60,741 nt of DNA from a virus (Duplodnaviria > Caudoviricetes), in IMG/VR virus record IMGVR_UViG_3300031576_000045, positions 1-60,741 of that record. One strand, given 5' to 3'. Below the pieces are notes generated by a model. That model saw only the letters and a list, made by a program, of their open reading frames with translations, had not been told where the DNA came from and did not search any database. Within the stretch, counting starts at the first letter, position 1, and the number at the start of each line of letters is the position of its first letter. Shown in pieces: positions 54,702 through 60,741 of this stretch. A program made the position numbers and the translations under genes.

Positions 54702-55131
54702 CGTCTCGCTCCTTCCGGGTTCGGCCCGGTACTGCCCGCGGGGTCCGTCCCCGCGTCGGTCCCGAAATGGGACTCTCATCTAGGTGTATTACGGGAATTG
54801 CGCGGGCATTTTTCCGGATTAAAACCACAGGCGCCGCCTGCACTTCGGCGCGTATTACGTAAATGCCGATACACTGGGCACATGTCGATTTTTCGTAATA
54901 CGCGCTGACGCGACGTCGTGCAGGCGCCCGGAGTCGCTGCGTTTGGAACGTCGTATTACGAGAAATCGACATTCGGTCTGTGCTGGCCCACTTAGCGTAT
55001 TACGGAAATAATGGTCTGGAAATCGCCGCGAAAATGCGCGAAGCGCCCTAGATGAGTGGGTCGTTCGCGCGACCCCGCCGCTCGGGACGAACCCGACGGA
55101 AGACCGGGACGAACCCGGAAAGGCAGTGACC
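54702..55131. promoter_or_regulatory. symmetric divergent promoter/operator region
   Basis: Five GTATTACG boxes; mirrored CCTAGATGAG; three hairpins in each leader; AT-enriched. Confidence 0.85.
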
Positions 55132-55350
55132 ATGAACGCAGCGACCGCAGCGGCCCTCGACTTCTCGACCAATATCCGCGCCCGTCTCAAGGCGAAGGGG
55201 ATCTCGGTCATCGGGGCGACGTTCGTCCCTGACGCGGACGGCTCTTTCGCGCACGGTGAGCGCGCGTACCAGCTCGACGACAACGGTACGCACAAGATCC
55301 GCAGCTTCACCGAGGTGCTCGCCATCGCCCGCGGGGAGGTGCAGTCATGA
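55132..55350 (+). CDS. small protein, first gene of rightward early operon
   Basis: Codon bias, ATGA overlap. Confidence 0.7.
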   Translation: MNAATAAALDFSTNIRARLKAKGISVIGATFVPDADGSFAHGERAYQLDDNGTHKIRSFTEVLAIARGEVQS

Positions 55351-56723
55351 CGGCGCGAATGACGGGCACGGGGTTCAACCGCGCGATGTGGGACGAGACC
55401 AGCCACGTGCTGCGCACGGCCGAGACCCGCGACGAGGGCCCGACCCTCGCCGGCCTTGATGACGAACGGGCGGCGCAGCTCGGCCGGCTCCACGAGCTGC
55501 CTTCCCTCGGCGAGGTGCTCTCGGCGTGGGCGACGCAGCGCCAGAACGACGAGTGCGAGGACTACGCCGTCGACTTCAACGACCTGCTGATGGCGGGCGA
55601 CGGGACCTTCCGTCGCATGGCCGCTCGGTTCGACGAGGAGCGCGGCCTCACGAAGTCGATGCCCGGCAACCTGCCCATGACCTACCGCGTGTTCGGCAAC
55701 GTCATTCGTCACTACTGCGCGCCGCGCCGCAACGTCGCCGCGAACCTCATCCTGCTCCCGACGTCGGCGCGCGGCCCGGGTCACGCTGCGTCGACGTCGC
55801 GGGTCGAGTCGACCATGGGCGGCGTGTGGACGGACTCGCCGCTCGCGATCGCCTACAACGCGTTCCTCGACCGGAAGAAGGCAGTCGACGCGTCGGTGAC
55901 GACCATCGACGAGTCGGCCGTGACCGAGCTCATCCTCCGAACCCGCCTCCTCAACGGGCCGCGCGTCGACGGCGAGGCCCCGACCGCTCGCAGGGTCGTC
56001 ATCGGCGCCGTCACGCCGTCGCACTGCCTGCAGAACGGCGACGACGACAAGCTGATCGCCGCGCTGTCTCTCGCGTTCGCCGGCCACGGCGAGACCGGCC
56101 GGGCCATCGCCTTCCGCGGCGTGGAGGAGTCGGAGCTGCGCGCGGTCTTCCCGGCGCTGACCGTCGAGATCCCGAACGGCGGCGCTGAGAAGTGGGTCGG
56201 CTACATCACGGCCCGGAACAGCGAGTCGGGGAAGAAGTCGTGGGCGATCTCGGCCGGCCTGTACCGGGCCGGCGACTCCGCGTCGTTCGCGTGCGAGGCG
56301 GTCGTCCGCACGGGTCGCCACGTCGGGTCGAAGGTCGCCGAGCGCATGGTCGAGGTGGCGGAGGGCGCGGCCGAGATGCTGAAGAAGCTGCTCGAGACCG
56401 TCGCGGAGCTGGCGGGCCGCACGTGGGACCGCAGCACCGACGAGTTCCTGAAGCGGATGCGCGCCGCGCTCGACGGGACGCCGCTGCACGACCCCGACAC
56501 CGCGTGCCTCATCGCGTGGGCGCTCGGCGCGAAGATGGGCGACCGGAAGGCCATCACGATCGGCGACGTCATCGACGTGCTCGGGCAGTTCGCCGGCACG
56601 CTGGATCGCCGGGTCGACGCGCGGCCGGTCGAGGTCATGCTGGGTCGCCTGCTCGTCGACGGCTGGAAAGAGTTCCGCGCCGCGGGCACCGAGAAGCTCG
56701 AAGACGGGTCGGAGGAGGGCTGA
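55347..56723 (+). CDS. DUF932/DUF945-like protein
   Basis: LRTR..IGAVTP..RNSESGKKSW.ISAGLYR..RHVG. Confidence 0.65.
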   Translation: MTARMTGTGFNRAMWDETSHVLRTAETRDEGPTLAGLDDERAAQLGRLHELPSLGEVLSAWATQRQNDECEDYAVDFNDLLMAGDGTFRRMAARFDEERGLTKSMPGNLPMTYRVFGNVIRHYCAPRRNVAANLILLPTSARGPGHAASTSRVESTMGGVWTDSPLAIAYNAFLDRKKAVDASVTTIDESAVTELILRTRLLNGPRVDGEAPTARRVVIGAVTPSHCLQNGDDDKLIAALSLAFAGHGETGRAIAFRGVEESELRAVFPALTVEIPNGGAEKWVGYITARNSESGKKSWAISAGLYRAGDSASFACEAVVRTGRHVGSKVAERMVEVAEGAAEMLKKLLETVAELAGRTWDRSTDEFLKRMRAALDGTPLHDPDTACLIAWALGAKMGDRKAITIGDVIDVLGQFAGTLDRRVDARPVEVMLGRLLVDGWKEFRAAGTEKLEDGSEEG

Positions 56724-56971
56724 TGCCCGCCGAGACGAAGACCCGGCGCGAGGTCGCCCTGGAGCGGGCGCTCATCGCGCTGCATGCGGTGAAGCATCCG
56801 CTGAAGGACGTCGCCGCGAGCATGCTGATCGGACTCATCGGCGCGGAGAGCGCGAAGCGCCGCGGTGAGGTCGCGGTGCACGACGAGGCGACGGTGCGCA
56901 AGGCGCTGCACGTGGAGCTCGTGCGGATGGGCCTGCCGAACGAGGTGATCGCAGCGCTGAAGTGGGTGTGA
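56723..56971 (+). CDS. hypothetical protein (stand-alone form of the 527-1486 C-terminus)
   Basis: MPAETKTRREV..RKALHVELVRMGLP. Confidence 0.75.
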   Translation: MPAETKTRREVALERALIALHAVKHPLKDVAASMLIGLIGAESAKRRGEVAVHDEATVRKALHVELVRMGLPNEVIAALKWV

Positions 56972-56973
56972 CC

Positions 56974-57256
56974 ATGGGTCCCGACCTCAGCAGCTACGAC
57001 GTCGTGATCGTCGCGTTCAGCGGCGGCAAGGACTCGATCGCGTGCGCGCTGCACCTGATCGAGAGCGGCGTGTCCCGCGACCGGCTCGAGCTGTGGCACC
57101 AGGACGTCGACGGAGTGGCTCCGCCGCTCGCTCTCGGCCGTCGCCCGGCGCGTCCGTCACCCCGGCAACCACCGCTACGTGTGGGCGCTGAACCGCCGCG
57201 ACTGGCGGCACCTTCCGGAGTCGCAGCCCTACCCGAAGTTCACGAAGGAGAGCTGA
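56974..57256 (+). pseudogene. deletion chimera: PAPS-reductase-like 5' end + Mom-like 3' end
   Basis: VAFSGGKDSIAC..LELWHQDVDG, then out-of-frame RRVRHPGNHRYVWAL..QPYPK*. Confidence 0.75.
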
Positions 57257-57257
57257 C

Positions 57258-57704
57258 GTGGCCGACCACTCTGCATGTCCGCACCCGTGCTCATCGTGCC
57301 CGTGGTTGATCGCGAACCACGGCAAGCCGCATCCGCACGGCTGGTACACGAAGGCGAACCGAGAGCGCCTCTGGGCGAAACTGCGCAGGGGTGACTCGAT
57401 GTCCTGCCACCCGACAGATCCGGACAACCCGGTGCCCGAGGGTCATCGGGCCGCACCAGAGGACTCGATCGTCAAGGAGTGCACCGGGGCGCTCGTTCTG
57501 CAGCAGCGCGAGGTGATGAACTTCCAGGCGGCCAAAGATCGCGGCGCCTACCGCAAGCAGCACCCGCGCGGCATGACGCTTCTGGGGCTCGCCGCAGTAA
57601 TCGAGCGCGTGATGTTCGGCGGTCTGATGGGTTCGTTGAAGATGACGAAGCCCGACCTTAACGAGCCTGTCGGCCACGACGGGCTGAACTGGGTCCAGCG
57701 ATGA
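57258..57704 (+). CDS. DUF6283-like Cys/His protein
   Basis: PCSSCPW..SCH..CTG. Confidence 0.6.
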   Translation: MADHSACPHPCSSCPWLIANHGKPHPHGWYTKANRERLWAKLRRGDSMSCHPTDPDNPVPEGHRAAPEDSIVKECTGALVLQQREVMNFQAAKDRGAYRKQHPRGMTLLGLAAVIERVMFGGLMGSLKMTKPDLNEPVGHDGLNWVQR

Positions 57705-59242
57705 GCGTCCTCCTCTCGAAGGAAGCGATCCGGCTCCTCCGCACCGTCTCGCACGACCTGGTGATCGACCTCTTCGCCGGCGGCGGCGGTACCTCGGCCG
57801 GCCTCGAAGACGCGATCAAGCGCCCCGTCGACGTCGCGCTGAACCACGACGCGGTCGCGATCGCCGTGCACGCGAAGAACCATCCGAACACGGTGCACAT
57901 TCAAGAGGACATCTGGAACGTGCGCCCGCGCGACGTCGTCGGCCGGCGGAAGGTGTGGATCCTGTGGGCCTCGCCCGACTGCAAGCACTTCAGCTCGGCG
58001 AAGGGAGCCGAGCCGCTCGACAACAAGATCCGGATGCTCGCGGAGGCGGTCGTCGACTGGGTGAGCGACCTCCTCCCCGAATTCGTGTTCCTCGAGAACG
58101 TCGTCGAGTTCCGAAAGTACGGCCCGCTCGGCGCCGACCGGCGACCGATCAAGGAGCGCGAGGGCGAGTATTTCGACCGCTTCATCGGCAAGCTGCAGCT
58201 GCTCGGCTACCGCGTCGAGTGGCGCATCCTCGACTCCAGCGAGTTCGGCGTGCCGACGAAGCGCCGCCGGTTCTACCTGGTGGCTCGCCGAGACCAGCGC
58301 CCGATCGAGTGGCCCCAGCCCACCCACGGCGCCGGGCTGCTGCCGCTCCGCGGTGCGGTCGAGTGCATCGACTGGTCGCTGCCGTGCCCGAGCATCTTCC
58401 TCACGAAGGAAGAAGCCCGCGCGCTCGCGAAGATCGACCCGCGGATCGGCAACATCAAGCGCCCGCTCGCCCCGAAGACTCTCTGGCGCGTCGCGCACGG
58501 CTTCAAGTACTTCGTGCAGGACCACCCGGACCCGTACATCAGGCCCGTCGACGGGAACCTCGAAGCGCCGTTCATGGTGCAGAGCGGCTACGGCGAGCGG
58601 CCGACGCAGCGCGCGCGGTGGCTCGACATGCACAAGCCGCTCGGCACCGTCGTGGGCTGCGGACCTCGGCACGCGCTCGTCACCGCCTTCCTCACGAAGC
58701 ACTTCGGCGACTACGGCGACCCGCGGAAGGTGAAGCACCTCAACAAGGACGTGCGCGACCCGCTCGGCACCGTCACCGCTCGCGACCACACGAGCATCAG
58801 CGCGGTGACGCTGCTCCGTCTGAACCACGACGACCACGGCGTCGACATCCGCAAACCGATGCCGACGGTGCTCGCCGGCGGCTTCCACGTCGCCCAGGTG
58901 CAGGCGTTCCTCACCGCGTACTTCGGGAGCGACGGCCAGAAGGGGAAGGGCCAGGACGTGCGCGACCCGATGCGCACGGTGACGACGAAGCCGCGCCTCG
59001 GGCTGGTCACGGTGTACGGCGACCAGTACGAGGTCGCGGACATCGGCTATCGCATGCTCAAGCCCGACCCCGAGCTGCTCCGCGCGCAGTTCGACGAGTA
59101 CGCGGAGGGCTACGACCTCTCGCCGGCTGAGACCGACGAGGAGAAGAACCGGATGGTGGGCAACTCGGTGGTGCCGAAGATGGCCAAGCTGATCGTCGAA
59201 GCGAACATCTCAACGTCGGACTCGTACAGGAGGGCAGCCTGA
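57701..59242 (+). CDS. dcm: C5-cytosine DNA methyltransferase
   Basis: DLFAGGGG (I), SPDC (IV), LENV (VI), RRRFY (VIII), GNSV (X). Confidence 0.95.
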   Translation: MSVLLSKEAIRLLRTVSHDLVIDLFAGGGGTSAGLEDAIKRPVDVALNHDAVAIAVHAKNHPNTVHIQEDIWNVRPRDVVGRRKVWILWASPDCKHFSSAKGAEPLDNKIRMLAEAVVDWVSDLLPEFVFLENVVEFRKYGPLGADRRPIKEREGEYFDRFIGKLQLLGYRVEWRILDSSEFGVPTKRRRFYLVARRDQRPIEWPQPTHGAGLLPLRGAVECIDWSLPCPSIFLTKEEARALAKIDPRIGNIKRPLAPKTLWRVAHGFKYFVQDHPDPYIRPVDGNLEAPFMVQSGYGERPTQRARWLDMHKPLGTVVGCGPRHALVTAFLTKHFGDYGDPRKVKHLNKDVRDPLGTVTARDHTSISAVTLLRLNHDDHGVDIRKPMPTVLAGGFHVAQVQAFLTAYFGSDGQKGKGQDVRDPMRTVTTKPRLGLVTVYGDQYEVADIGYRMLKPDPELLRAQFDEYAEGYDLSPAETDEEKNRMVGNSVVPKMAKLIVEANISTSDSYRRAA

Positions 59243-59712
59243 TGGGACGTGACTCACGGAAGAAGAAGGAACGGCGGCTGGGGCTTCGCGTCGGCCGACT
59301 CGGCGCGCAGCTGAAGGACGGCACGCTCGAGCTCAGGGGCCCGTTCGAGCCCGCCGAGCATCAGCAGAAGTCGACGGTGATGGTGCCGTCGGCGGCGATC
59401 AACGCCGACCGGCCGAACGCCGAGCCCTGGACCAGCCGGTACCTCGAGTACGCGAGGCACGAGGGCACGCCCGACCCGGCGGTGATGGTCCGCCGCGACG
59501 AGAACCGGTTCCCGGGCGGGAAGATGGTCGGCTTCATCCTCTGGATCGGCGCGCGCTGGGCGCAGTGGCGCGAGCTCCGCGGGCTGAAGCACGACGCGCC
59601 GCTGGCGGACACGCACCACGAGGACTTCGACGGGTGGCTCAAGACCTGGGTCGACGAGAAGACCCGGCGGATCATCATGCCGGCGCCGCAGCAGCTCGCG
59701 AGGCCGCGGTGA
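59242..59712 (+). CDS. counterpart of 4846-5427 with different N-terminus
   Basis: PWTSRYLEYAR..PGGKMVGFILWIG..FDGWLK. Confidence 0.8.
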   Translation: MGRDSRKKKERRLGLRVGRLGAQLKDGTLELRGPFEPAEHQQKSTVMVPSAAINADRPNAEPWTSRYLEYARHEGTPDPAVMVRRDENRFPGGKMVGFILWIGARWAQWRELRGLKHDAPLADTHHEDFDGWLKTWVDEKTRRIIMPAPQQLARPR

Positions 59713-59963
59713 AGCCGATCGGAGTCCGGACGGAGGTCGACGGGAAGATCGTCGTCGAGTGGCATGCGCCGCCGATCCCCGGCCCCGACTACCACACGAT
59801 GTGCTCCCTCGACGGGGACGACCCCGCGACCGGCACCCACGGGACCGTGGAGCCGAAGCCCGGTCAGAAGATCACCTGCAAGCACTGCTACCGCATGTGG
59901 CGCGGAGTCCTCGAGCTGCAGCTGAGGGCCGAGCACTTCGACCACAGGGTGGTGCTGCAATGA
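59709..59963 (+). CDS. counterpart of 6034-6288, in a different position
   Basis: VKPIGVRTEVDGKIVVEWH. Confidence 0.8.
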   Translation: MKPIGVRTEVDGKIVVEWHAPPIPGPDYHTMCSLDGDDPATGTHGTVEPKPGQKITCKHCYRMWRGVLELQLRAEHFDHRVVLQ

Positions 59964-60225
59964 ACATCTGGGTCAGCCGGTACCTGACCGCGGCACGAGG
60001 CAGAAGATCCTCCACGCCTTCGGAGAGACCGAGGCGACTGTGACGGCGAACCTTCAAAAGGTGAAGTTGCCGATCGCCGCTCAACCGAGAAGCTTCTGCG
60101 GCCGCATCGCGCTCGCGAAGTGCGAGCAGCGCAAGGGTGAGCCGTTCTCGGCCGAGAAGTTCGGCTCGCGGGTGGACCACTGCATCAGCTGCGAGCGCAC
60201 GGTGCGCCGTCGGGGGCTGCGGTGA
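59960..60225 (+). pseudogene. counterpart of 5424-5654 with 1-nt deletion near 59985
   Basis: MNIWVSRY, then shifted frame DRGTRQKILHAFGE...HCISCERTVRRRGLR. Confidence 0.7.
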
Positions 60226-60608
60226 AACCCGGCGAGCTGCACAAGGTGCACGCCGCGCACGACCGCAAGGCGAAGTCCCTGCGCGTCGACGTCGGCGACG
60301 TCGCGTGGCGCGGCGAGGCCGGCGCGCACGCGGTCAAGGCCGCCATGGCGCTGCGCCTCGCGGTCTGCTGGAACGTCTGCGAGGGCATCCCGACCGACAA
60401 GCTCGAGGCCGGCGTGCTGCTGGACTACTACGTCGCGGTCGACCGGCTGATCGCGGCCGTCGACGAGCCGCAAGGTCGACTCTTCCACAGCGCGGAGAAG
60501 GTGCTTGAGCTGATGCGACTCGCCGCGCGGGTGAAGGAGGCGCAGCGACGGATCGGCGTCGAGCACTTCGAGTGCTTGGCGTGCGACGCGAAGAAAGAAA
60601 CGCGGTAG
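60222..60608 (+). CDS. near-identical copy of 5651-6037
   Basis: 3 aa differences in 128. Confidence 0.85.
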   Translation: MKPGELHKVHAAHDRKAKSLRVDVGDVAWRGEAGAHAVKAAMALRLAVCWNVCEGIPTDKLEAGVLLDYYVAVDRLIAAVDEPQGRLFHSAEKVLELMRLAARVKEAQRRIGVEHFECLACDAKKETR

Positions 60609-60614
60609 GACTGA

Positions 60615-60741
60615 AGACGGGAGAACGACGATGAAGAGAGACGACCTGACCGCGCTGCGCAACGGGCTGCTGCGCATGCACTACGAGCCGCCGACCAGCG
60701 GGTTGACGAAGTGGACGCTGCAGCTCATCCGCGACCTGGAG
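60615..60741 (+). repeat. exact 127-bp copy of 6295-6421 (right anchor), including the start of the MKRDDL gene
   Basis: Base-by-base identity to the contig end. Confidence 0.95.

Larger units (their letters stand above)
1..60741. mobile_element. Tailed dsDNA phage genome (siphovirus-like), circularisable, probable Myxococcota host
   Basis: Ordered terminase-portal-MuF-protease-capsid-neck-tail tube-TMP-tail tip-lysis module; both ends match internal sequence; no host housekeeping operons. Confidence 0.95.

Noticed and set aside
54780-55010. CRISPR array
   Set aside because: Repeats only 8-9 bp, irregular spacing, mixed orientation, no cas genes
1-60741. Alternative genetic code or stop-codon reassignment
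   Set aside because: Core genes are full-length in code 11 and end at TGA or TAG with normal overlaps

Overview
Essentially complete genome of a very GC-rich tailed (siphovirus-type) phage. The host is probably Myxococcota, inferred from a RecA resembling myxobacterial RecA1 and DAG/DGG-rich exported proteins. Layout: early/accessory genes (+, 1-8.9 kb); lysis, tail, head and terminase genes (-, 8.9-32.2 kb); a DNA-modification, nuclease and replication block (-, 32-44.6 kb: HNH, UDG-like, Mom-like, ParB-like, ParB-MT-A70, RuvC, DUF5131, DnaB); a recombination block (+, 45.3-52.2 kb: YqaJ exonuclease, Bet-like, SMC-like ATPase); small genes (-, 52-54.7 kb); a symmetric divergent control region (54.7-55.1 kb); and early genes again (+, 55.1 kb to end). 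The ends close on internal sequence: 1-107 = 56517-56623 and 60615-60741 = 6295-6421. The contig is therefore a circle of about 54-56.5 kb carrying two alternative versions of one early cassette (A: remodelled recA and others; B: C5 methylase plus a PAPS-reductase/Mom deletion scar). Best leads: a RecA whose DNA-binding and catalytic residues are specifically altered, a multi-enzyme DNA-modification island with a coupled glycosylase, a 15-nt start-associated repeat, mirror-image promoter/three-hairpin leaders, apparently leaderless late genes, and candidate anti-defence proteins in the head operon. No integrase, DNA polymerase, CRISPR array or canonical tRNA was recognised. All family calls are motif recognition from memory, not database searches.
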